Both the position numbers and the translations under genes were made by a program. A stretch of 64,000 bases of DNA, from assembly GCA_017618115.1 (NCBI GenBank), contig JAFZUX010000024.1, forward strand, positions 31,924 through 95,923, written 5' to 3'. Under the pieces are notes generated by a model, which was not told where the DNA came from, made no database searches, and worked only from the letters and a program-made list of their open reading frames with translations. Of this stretch, positions 28,601-35,904 are shown in pieces (the stretch's first letter is position 1; every line of letters begins with the position of its first letter). The stretch is from Bacteroidales bacterium. GTDB lineage: Bacteria > Bacteroidota > Bacteroidia > Bacteroidales > UBA932.

Positions 28601-28964
28601 ATTCCCGGAGGGGACAAGAAGCGAGGATTGTGATATCCTTAAGTTCCACAGCGGTGCTTTTTCACTGGCGGAGGAACTTCAAATGGATATTCTCCCCGTT
28701 ATACTGTTCGGGCCGGGTGAGGTTTTCCCTAAGGGGGAGCACCTTTTAAGAAGGGGAAGAGTGGTTTGGGAGTTTAAGGAGAGAATCCCTTACCAGGAGT
28801 TGAGCAGGTTTGGAGCGAGAGCGTTGAAACAGTCTCAGGCAATGAGAAGATACTATCGCGATGAATATGCCGCTCTATGCGCAACTGTTTATGGTGAAGA
28901 GGATTATGGCAGGATGAGAGAGAAGGATAAAAACTTGTACAAGTCAGATGAAGAGATTGTTTAA
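25692..28964 (+). CDS. MMPL/RND-type exporter fused to a C-terminal PlsC-type acyltransferase domain
   Basis: 1090 aa. Two 5-6 TM bundles flank large loops over roughly 800 aa. The C-terminal domain has NHQSHLDLLY (Hx4D) and FPEGTRS acyltransferase motifs. The start shares one base (25692) with the GT2 stop codon in a TAATG junction. Confidence 0.8.
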   Translation: MERFFLKIYDFFANGRRYLALLLPILLAGCFYLCMRHITLNEDIAAFLPYGSGENSRQSQFVYKNLRMQDKVVSLMSLKEKPKDTQEGIERLTQAADEYSDRFLSMDSEGIKEPTVRIDPTSFLATASFVAENMPYFLEDEDYARMDSILLNGNFAQMLEQDKESMITSNGLTQSIVAADPLQFSSKLLKKLTALGTESGFKVIGEYLFTPDSTAIMMNFSSEFGGSETGNNSELLRRVYEIRDSVTALYPDVQMEFTGSPVIAVMNAERMKKDAVRCAVLAIVLIVGLLAWYFRRVRPILLICVPVIFGIMAGLAFMGLVKESVSSVALAACCVIFGIAVDYSLLYSTRLGFTSNARQTLSDIVSPMVIGNITTVGAFLSLLVMSASGMRDFGLFAAVSLVGAIFFVIIFLPHWVGEKHYKPKSNGWLGRWAGFRPEENRYLFWLLVVATVVFYLFSRKVTFSGDFTKINYMAPAQSQLLDKLSSYSGREGSVAVYAVTEGATLSDALYAAEKNRVFTESSVKSGNVLSSRGIGPFLPSEKEQQRRLSLWKSFVEKNGETLLKSLDKAGEAAGFTSDAFDPFKALFTSELSVQKEEFFSPIGTLMAPFILRDSSTSIVMEILYTPKENLNSLYASYKDYNNKAEGSFLFDSYSMTDGMIDILQKDFDKVLAICSVLVFIFLWIAFRRLELAFCAFLPMVVSWIWITGIMGIFGVSFNIVNIILATFIFGLGDDYTIFMVEGLQYEYTNKKPLLQSYKTGVTLSAITMFVGVGSLIFALHPALHSLGAVAVIGLICVVLLAFMLPPVIFRFLVCKSFRKEKKERVLPIRLSDIFITLYCVAVFVAVCLWLKLKTLFNPKLKGERLRRVITRYMRFFSSKMPRVKFFVKGEENFSSSEPCIIISNHQSHLDLLYFLSLSEKIVVVTNKWVYKSPVYGNFVRKAGNVCIEEGMEINREKLLSLKKEGCSILIFPEGTRSEDCDILKFHSGAFSLAEELQMDILPVILFGPGEVFPKGEHLLRRGRVVWEFKERIPYQELSRFGARALKQSQAMRRYYRDEYAALCATVYGEEDYGRMREKDKNLYKSDEEIV

Positions 28965-29784
28965 GATATTGTTTTGCTCTGCGGCTCTGCTTATGGCGGG
29001 CTCCGCTCTGCTTGCTCAGCACAGGGTGGATAAGAAGAGGCTATGGGAAGGCGAGAAGACAGAGAGAAGTTATAAGAGAGTTAAGATATTCACATACGCT
29101 CCGGATGCGGGGACCAACGGCAGCAATCCCGCTGTAATTATCCTTCCCGGAGGAAGTTACAGATACCTGGCTATAAACCAGGAGGGGTTTGACGTTGCAA
29201 AGAATTTTGCCAAGAGGGGCTATCTGGCAATTGTGCTGCGTTACAGAATGGGCTGGTTTGGAGCGCATTATCCGGATCAGTTGGAGGATTACAGGCGCGC
29301 AATTACCTATCTTAAAGCAAATTCCACCGCTTTGGGAATAGATACCACAAAGATTGCGGTAGTTGGTTTTTCTGCCGGAGGACATCTTGCCGGATGTGCC
29401 GCTCTGGAGGAGAATCCAAAGTACCGTCCTGCATACGTTGCTATGCTTTACCCGGTTGTCACTTTGCGTGAACCTTACTGCCACAGACTTTCCAAGAAGA
29501 ATCTTCTCCGCGGAGATACAACTCTTATTGCAAAACTCTCTCTGGAAGAGAACGTTAGAGAGGATATGGCTCCCGTTTTCCTGCTTCACTGTGAGGATGA
29601 TCCTATTGTGAAATCACACGGTTCTCACTCTATGGCTTCCGAATTAGAAAGAAAAGGAGTACCTTGCATGGTGGAATTCCATCCAAAGGGCGGCCACGGC
29701 TTTGGCGTGAGGGCTGCAAAGAACTCCGGAGCAAGGGGTTGGCAGGATAGATTCCTAAAATGGATTGGTACACTCCAAAACTAA
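28948..29784 (+). CDS. Secreted alpha/beta hydrolase (esterase/lipase)
   Basis: 278 aa with a signal peptide (LLMAGSALLAQ), a GFSAGGHLAG nucleophile elbow and C-terminal HCEDDPIV / GGHGF motifs. It overlaps the exporter gene by 17 nt. Confidence 0.8.
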   Translation: MKRLFKILFCSAALLMAGSALLAQHRVDKKRLWEGEKTERSYKRVKIFTYAPDAGTNGSNPAVIILPGGSYRYLAINQEGFDVAKNFAKRGYLAIVLRYRMGWFGAHYPDQLEDYRRAITYLKANSTALGIDTTKIAVVGFSAGGHLAGCAALEENPKYRPAYVAMLYPVVTLREPYCHRLSKKNLLRGDTTLIAKLSLEENVREDMAPVFLLHCEDDPIVKSHGSHSMASELERKGVPCMVEFHPKGGHGFGVRAAKNSGARGWQDRFLKWIGTLQN

Positions 29785-30950
29785 AGATTATGGACATCAA
29801 CAGAAAGACACCTAAGGATATTTCCAACGAGTGGGACGATATTCGCCCTTACAGAGATGATGAAATTTCCGACGCCATGCAGAGAATTGCATCTGACGAG
29901 AACTTTCCTGCTGTTATGAACTTTATCTATGAGGGGAAGGATATTGAGAAGAGAATCAACGAGTTCCGCTCATTCAAAACGGTGAGTCAGTTCCAGGTGG
30001 GCTTTATGTTTGATGCCATTAACGCCATTGTCAGAAAGACTACGGACGGTTTCACGTATGACGGTTTTGAGAACCTGGAACCGGGCAAGGGTTACCTCTT
30101 TGTCTCCAACCACAGAGATATTCTTCTGGATGCCGCACTGCTTCAGATTGCGCTGCATAACAACGGTTTGGACTGCTCAGAGATTACCTTTGGAGACAAC
30201 CTTATGCAACCGGGAATGGTCTCAGACGTAGGCAAATCCAACCGTATGTTCAAGGTTGTAAGAGGCGGAACCACAAAGGATTTCTACAAGACCAGCCACC
30301 ATCTCTCCAGTTATATCCGTTACGTGATTAACGAGAGAAAGACCTCCGTTTGGATTGCTCAGCGCAACGGAAGAACCAAGGACGGAGATGACAAGACCAG
30401 CCAGACCGTTTTGAAGATGTTCTCTTTATCCGGAGATAAAAACATTGGCACCAACTTCTCCTCACTCAACATTGTCCCGATGGCTGTATCATACGAGTGG
30501 GAGACCTGTATAACACAGAAGGTGAGGGAACTCTATCTCTCTCAGGATCACCCGTATATAAAGGAGAAAGGGGAGGACTTCAGAAGCATTATGGAGGGCA
30601 TTCTCTCTCCTAAGGGCAAGGTTCATATTCAGATATGCCAGCCTATAACGGCGGAGGAACTTCTTACCGCCGGCTCACTGGATCGCAACGAGGCCCTGGC
30701 ATATATGGCATCCGTTATAGACACCAGAATTTACAACGGCTATAAACTCTTTAAGAACAACTATATAGCATACGATATGCTGTACAACACCTTTAAGTTT
30801 ACAGACAAGTATACCAAAGAGGAGTACAAGCAGTTTGCAGATAATATGCATCTTACCCTCTCCCGTTGGAAGGACATTCTTCTTCCTCTGATGGATATCT
30901 ATCTGAAGGTTTACAGCAATCCGGTAAAGAACAAGCTCTCTGTTGAATAA
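29760..30950 (+). CDS. PlsC-family glycerolipid acyltransferase (long form)
   Basis: 396 aa with VSNHRDILLDAAL (Hx4D) and AQRNGRTKDG motifs. An alternative ATG lies at 29790. Confidence 0.8.
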   Translation: MDWYTPKLKIMDINRKTPKDISNEWDDIRPYRDDEISDAMQRIASDENFPAVMNFIYEGKDIEKRINEFRSFKTVSQFQVGFMFDAINAIVRKTTDGFTYDGFENLEPGKGYLFVSNHRDILLDAALLQIALHNNGLDCSEITFGDNLMQPGMVSDVGKSNRMFKVVRGGTTKDFYKTSHHLSSYIRYVINERKTSVWIAQRNGRTKDGDDKTSQTVLKMFSLSGDKNIGTNFSSLNIVPMAVSYEWETCITQKVRELYLSQDHPYIKEKGEDFRSIMEGILSPKGKVHIQICQPITAEELLTAGSLDRNEALAYMASVIDTRIYNGYKLFKNNYIAYDMLYNTFKFTDKYTKEEYKQFADNMHLTLSRWKDILLPLMDIYLKVYSNPVKNKLSVE

Positions 30951-31511
30951 CTAGAGTTCCATCTTCTTTTTTACCTCTGCAACTCTCTCTGCATCCGTCA
31001 ATGCCAGAGCGCATTCCAGTGCAAACTCCAGTGAGAGACCGGCTCCTTTTCCGGTAATGAGATTGCCGCATCTCTCTACGTTGTTTCCGGTGTAAACATA
31101 TCCTCCGCTAATCATCTCATCCTTTACCGAGGTGTGGCAGGTGATTTTGCTACCTGTAAATAATTTATTGGTTAGCAGGGCGGTAGGGGCTCCGCAGATG
31201 GCTGCTATAAGTTTTCCCTCTCTTTCAAACTTTTTAAGAATCTCTCCAACCTCCTTATTTTTAGCAAGATTTACGTAACCCGGGAAGCCGCCTGGAAGAA
31301 TTACCATCTCCGCCTCTGAGACAACAGCCCTTCCCTCCGGGGAGGAGAGAGTATAGTCTGCCTTAACGCTTACTGAGTGTGAGGAGGTAACCATAAGTTC
31401 ATCCGTGGATAATACAACAACGGGTATCTGGCATCTTCTGAGAACGTCCATAGGAGTTGTTGCCTCTATGGTTTCAAAACCGGGTGCAAGGAGAATGAGG
31501 GCCTTTTTCAT
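30951..31511 (-). CDS. DJ-1/PfpI family protein
   Basis: MKKALILLAPGFETIE..., AAICGAP (nucleophile Cys elbow) and GKGAG motifs. The ATG at 31511 is preferred over the track start. Confidence 0.9.
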   Translation of the reverse strand: MKKALILLAPGFETIEATTPMDVLRRCQIPVVVLSTDELMVTSSHSVSVKADYTLSSPEGRAVVSEAEMVILPGGFPGYVNLAKNKEVGEILKKFEREGKLIAAICGAPTALLTNKLFTGSKITCHTSVKDEMISGGYVYTGNNVERCGNLITGKGAGLSLEFALECALALTDAERVAEVKKKMEL

Positions 31512-31614
31512 AATTGAAGAATTTTGCAACAAAGATAACTTTTGCACGTCATATTATTGACATAACTTTTGTACCTTTAAACCCACGGAAAAGAAATTAT
31601 TCAACTATACAACT

Positions 31615-34600
31615 ATGTTCAAATTTAAATCCAGATTTTTTGCCTCTGTTGCACTTATTCTATTTTTCTGTGCAGCAGGTTATTCTCAGCAGCAAGTTAG
31701 GTGGCTGAGGACTCCGGCCATTTCACCGGACGGCTCTCAGATTGTTTTCGGTTACATGGGTAACCTCTACAAGGTTAGTTCTGAGGGCGGTCTTGCAATG
31801 CCTATCACATCCGGAGATAACTACAACGGTTATCCGGTATGGAGCAGAGACGGTAAGAAAATTGCCTATGCCAGTGACATCTACGGCAACTTTGACGTAT
31901 TCGTAATGGATGCAAACGGCGGTATTCCGGTTCGTCTGACCTACAATTCCGCAGCAGATTATCCGTTTGACTTTACTCCGGACGGAAAGTATGTGCTCTT
32001 TGGAAGCGGAAGATTTGCTCCATACGAGAGCGTACGTTTCCCATCCACAATGTTCAAGAACCTCTACAAGATTCCTGTAACGGGCGGCAGACCAATTCTG
32101 GTAACTGCAGCCGGTGCAGACGAGGCCAACTTCTCAAAGGACGGAAACAGAATCGTTTTCCAGGATAAGAAGGGTTATGAGGATCCGTGGAGAAAGCACC
32201 ACACCTCATCCGTAACCAGAGATATCTGGATATATGACCTCAAATCAGATAGTTATACAAAAGTTTCAGATTATGAGGGTGAGAACTTAAAACCAGTCTT
32301 CTCTCCGGACGGCAATGCCGTTTACTACATCTCAGAGATGAAACTTAACAAGGCCAACAACGCTCTTAACCTCTTTAAGCAGGATCTTGCATCAGGCAAA
32401 AAGAGCCAGCTTACTGACTTTAAGGACTTTCCTGTAAGAGAGGTGACCATTGCAAACAACGGTACTCTCTCATTTGTTTGGAAGGGAGATATTTACACCG
32501 TTAAAGAGGGTCAGAAGCCAAAGAAACTCAACATCTCAATAGCATCCAACGCAGGCTATCAGAAGATTAAGAGCCTCAACATAAACAATGCTACAGAGAT
32601 GGCTGTAAGCCCTAACGGTAAGGAGATTGCGCTGGTTAACCGCGGAGAAATCTTTGTGGTTGGCGTAAACGATGCCCGCACCAAGAGAATCACCAACACT
32701 CCATACCAGGAGAGAATGATTACCTGGGCTCCGGACGGCAAGGCTCTCTACTATGCTGCCGAGGTTGACGGTAACTGGAACATTCTTAAGGCTACTCTGA
32801 AAGATACTACGGAGAAGTACTTCTATGCCTCCACACTCCTTAATTATGAGAAGGTTGTAGCAGACGGCAAAGACAACTACCAGCCTGATGTATCTCCAGA
32901 CGGCAAAAAACTCGCTTATGTATGCGAGCGTAACACCCTCAAAGTGATGGATCTTAAGACAAAGAAGACCGTTACAGTTCTGCCTAAGGGCCACAACCAT
33001 TCCTATCGCGATGGCGATTGGGGATTTGAGTGGAGCCCGGACAGCAAGTGGCTTCTTGTAGATGATGAGAAGAACCAGATGAGAGGCGGTGCTACCGCTC
33101 TTATCTCTGCGGAGGGCGGAGAGATTCGCTACCCTGTAAACAGTGCTTACGGTGAGAGAAATGCACGTTTTGGCTTTGGCGGTCAGGCAATGACTTACAT
33201 TGGTTCCGGTGCAAACAGCAACGGTCTTAAGGCTGCCTTCTTTGACAAGGAGTCATACGATAAGTTCCTCCTCTCAAAGGGTGATTTTGAACTCCTGGAG
33301 GAGAAAGAGAAGGGTGACAAACCTAAACCGGGTCCGGGCGTTAAACCTGAGGGAAAGCCTGAGGGTAAACCTGATGGCAAACCTGGAGATAAGAAAGATC
33401 TTAAGAAGCCTGAGCCTAAGAAAGAGGTTAAGCCTATCTTTTTTGATGACTTCGATATGATTGAGACCCGCATTGCGGATGTCAGAACAGACGGTCAGCC
33501 AATGGATTACGCCTTCACAAAAGACGGTAAGAAAGTTTACTATCTGCGCAGCGGTGAGAAGGGAATGGAGCTTTGGGTTGCAGATACCCGTAGCCGTGAG
33601 AGCAAGCGTGTAGGACAGGGCAACGTTGGTATGATGAGAAGCATTGAACTCAGCAAGGATGAGAAGAGCATCTTTGGATTGCGCAACGGCGCTCCTGTTA
33701 AGATAGATGTAATGAGCGGTATGCCAAAGCCTGTTGCCATTGCCGGCAAGATGGAGTTGGACGCTGCAGGCGAGCGCGCCTATATGTTTGACCACATGTG
33801 GCTGCAGGTTACCAAAAAGTTCTATGATCCTAAGATTCACGGTATTAACTGGAAGATGTATCACGATGAATATGCAAAGTTCCTCCCTTACATCAACAAC
33901 AACTATGATTTCCAGGTACTTCTGAGTGAGCTTCTGGGAGAGCTTAACGCTTCTCACACAGGCGGCCGCTACTATGCAGCAAGAGCTATGACCGGAGGTG
34001 ATGCAACAGCCAACTTTGGAATGCTTTATGACGAGACCTATACCGGTGACGGTATTAAGGTTACAGCCATCATTCCTAACGGCCCTGCAGACAAACTCTC
34101 CAACAAGATTAAACCGGGAGACGTCATTACTGCCATTAATGGTGAGAGCATTCCTGCAACTGAGAACTATTACAAGTACCTCAACAACCTTGCAGGTGTA
34201 AACACCATTGTATCAGTTAAATCTGCAGACGGCAAGACCTTCACTCAAACCCTCCGTCCTGTTGCCGAGTCTTCACTTGGAAATCTTATGTACCAGTGGT
34301 GGGTTAGAAGAATGGAGAAGATGGTTGAGGAGATGTCCGGCGGAAAACTTGGTTACGTTCACGTTGAAGGAATGAACCAGCAGAGTTACCGCACTATCTA
34401 TAACCGCCTGGGTGGCAGACACGTAAAGAAAGAGGCAGTTATTGTAGATACCCGTTTCAACGGCGGCGGCTGGCTTCATGATGAACTTGTAACTCTCCTG
34501 GGTGCAAAGACCTATATGCGCTATGCTCCTCAGGGTGAGCTGCTTGATGACGGCGAGCCTCTGGGACGCTGGCAGAAGCCAAGTGCTGTTCTTACCTGCG

Positions 34601-34899
34601 AGGGCAACTACTCAGACGCCTTTATGTTCCCGTTCGTTTACCAGCAGAACAAGATTGGTAAGGTTTACGGAATGCCTGTTCCGGGCACCGGTACAGCAGT
34701 ATGGTGGGAGACTCAGATAGACCCTACAATTGTATTCGGTATCCCTATGATTGCCTCAATGGGCACAGACGGTGTAGTTACTGAAAACAAGCAGTTTGAA
34801 CCGGACGTAAAGGTAGAACTCCCTTACAAAGACTTCCTCAACGGCAAAGACCCACAGCTTGAAGCAGCAATCAAAGGCCTGCTGAAAGAGGTGAAGTAA
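31615..34899 (+). CDS. Tricorn-protease-like S41 peptidase (TolB-type propellers, PDZ and S41 domains)
   Basis: 1094 aa with repeated PDG(S/K)xIxF propeller blades, a PDZ-like segment (GDVITAINGE) and a C-terminal DTRFNGGGW... S41 core. A Lys/Pro/Glu low-complexity insert is encoded at about 33290-33440. Confidence 0.9.
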   Translation: MFKFKSRFFASVALILFFCAAGYSQQQVRWLRTPAISPDGSQIVFGYMGNLYKVSSEGGLAMPITSGDNYNGYPVWSRDGKKIAYASDIYGNFDVFVMDANGGIPVRLTYNSAADYPFDFTPDGKYVLFGSGRFAPYESVRFPSTMFKNLYKIPVTGGRPILVTAAGADEANFSKDGNRIVFQDKKGYEDPWRKHHTSSVTRDIWIYDLKSDSYTKVSDYEGENLKPVFSPDGNAVYYISEMKLNKANNALNLFKQDLASGKKSQLTDFKDFPVREVTIANNGTLSFVWKGDIYTVKEGQKPKKLNISIASNAGYQKIKSLNINNATEMAVSPNGKEIALVNRGEIFVVGVNDARTKRITNTPYQERMITWAPDGKALYYAAEVDGNWNILKATLKDTTEKYFYASTLLNYEKVVADGKDNYQPDVSPDGKKLAYVCERNTLKVMDLKTKKTVTVLPKGHNHSYRDGDWGFEWSPDSKWLLVDDEKNQMRGGATALISAEGGEIRYPVNSAYGERNARFGFGGQAMTYIGSGANSNGLKAAFFDKESYDKFLLSKGDFELLEEKEKGDKPKPGPGVKPEGKPEGKPDGKPGDKKDLKKPEPKKEVKPIFFDDFDMIETRIADVRTDGQPMDYAFTKDGKKVYYLRSGEKGMELWVADTRSRESKRVGQGNVGMMRSIELSKDEKSIFGLRNGAPVKIDVMSGMPKPVAIAGKMELDAAGERAYMFDHMWLQVTKKFYDPKIHGINWKMYHDEYAKFLPYINNNYDFQVLLSELLGELNASHTGGRYYAARAMTGGDATANFGMLYDETYTGDGIKVTAIIPNGPADKLSNKIKPGDVITAINGESIPATENYYKYLNNLAGVNTIVSVKSADGKTFTQTLRPVAESSLGNLMYQWWVRRMEKMVEEMSGGKLGYVHVEGMNQQSYRTIYNRLGGRHVKKEAVIVDTRFNGGGWLHDELVTLLGAKTYMRYAPQGELLDDGEPLGRWQKPSAVLTCEGNYSDAFMFPFVYQQNKIGKVYGMPVPGTGTAVWWETQIDPTIVFGIPMIASMGTDGVVTENKQFEPDVKVELPYKDFLNGKDPQLEAAIKGLLKEVK

Positions 34900-34925
34900 C
34901 CGGTTGACAAAACATTATATTAATC

Positions 34926-34960
34926 AAAATGGGATAGCCAATTAAAAGCTATCCCATTTT
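34926..34960 (+). terminator. Intrinsic terminator after the tricorn-like gene
   Basis: AAAATGGGATAGC-(9 nt)-GCTATCCCATTTT forms a 13-bp perfect stem ending in a T run. Confidence 0.7.
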
Positions 34961-34987
34961 AATTTACATACAAACTGTACAAAAAAC

Positions 34988-35017
34988 GGGGGAGGGCACA
35001 GAATGGGGGAGGGCACA
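34988..35017 (+). repeat. Tandem direct repeat of the G-rich 13-mer GGGGGAGGGCACA (2 copies, 4-nt spacer)
   Basis: Copies at 34988-35000 and 35005-35017 are identical. Together they give four G-tracts (G5, G3, G5, G3). Confidence 0.8.
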
Positions 35018-35038
35018 AATTTCGGGAGTATGATACTA

Positions 35039-35401
35039 CTAACAGACTAGTAAAGACAAGACAAATAGACCTAAATTCACTAGGATGTACATTATAACAA
35101 GATATCCATGAAATGTTTTATGTTTCTCGTTTATAAATAGTTGTTCGTACTTTTGGGCAGTATCCTCTTTTATAATAATTCTGGTAATAATTAGGGATAA
35201 TAATAGAGTAGATATAATAATAGAATTGTTAGTTTTTAAGTCAAATAAGCATTTCAGTATAAGATTGGTTAACGCCAGTAAACCATATCCCCAAAATGCA
35301 GTAATCACAATACCAGAACCAAAACTTCTGCTTCTTGATTCAAACCAATTATGATAGAATTTTGATGAACGATAAAAAATATAGTATAGAATGTGTTTCA
35401 T
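35039..35401 (-). CDS. Hypothetical small membrane protein in an AT-rich islet
   Basis: 120 aa ORF with three predicted TM helices. I recognise no family. Local G+C is about 30%. Confidence 0.5.
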   Translation of the reverse strand: MKHILYYIFYRSSKFYHNWFESRSRSFGSGIVITAFWGYGLLALTNLILKCLFDLKTNNSIIISTLLLSLIITRIIIKEDTAQKYEQLFINEKHKTFHGYLVIMYILVNLGLFVLSLLVC

Positions 35402-35406
35402 AGGAG

Positions 35407-35601
35407 CTATTTAAATGGCTGATTTTCAGGAAGCCAATAGGTATTGTTTTCTATTTGAGGCATTAATGTATTTTCTTTCCAGTAATAAAAGAGCCCTTTA
35501 CCCCCTAGAGGGAGATAACATAGTATCATACTTATTTTTTCACAAGATAATGAATTCCTAATTAAGATTAATAAGAATTTGTAAAAAAGAACAGGTAACA
35601 T
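35407..35601 (-). CDS. Hypothetical small protein in an AT-rich islet
   Basis: 64 aa ORF with an ATG start and a hydrophobic N-terminus (LPVLFYKFLLILI). It stops 5 nt before the next ORF. I recognise no family. Confidence 0.35.
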   Translation of the reverse strand: MLPVLFYKFLLILIRNSLSCEKISMILCYLPLGGKGLFYYWKENTLMPQIENNTYWLPENQPFK

Positions 35602-35904
35602 CTCATTTAGACATTACCTGTCCCCTTTGTAAAGCGGTTTGCACTAACTTATGGAAACAAGGGAAATGTTAATCTCTTTGGAATCTGCTATAGTTTCCTC
35701 AATAAAGGCCTCTATCTCGCTGTTGAATAAGTAATTGTAATTGTTCATGGTTTTATATTTTTTATTGTTAATATCTCTGTTGTTTTAATTTCACGGTGCA
35801 AAGATAGAGTGGCGTTTTGACAGGCTGTGTCAAATGGCGAATTTAGAGTTAAAATTTTTTTGGAGGAAGATTTTTCTTAATTTTGAGAGAAATAGTTAGT
35901 GGAT

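Noticed and set aside
33195-33957. Alternative-frame and antisense ORFs (33195-33473, 33200-33460, 33274-33957), and the nucleotide periodicity there as a possible repeat array
   Set aside because: They fall within the tricorn-like gene. The periodicity is the coding repeat for the KP[ED]G linker, not a CRISPR or intergenic repeat.
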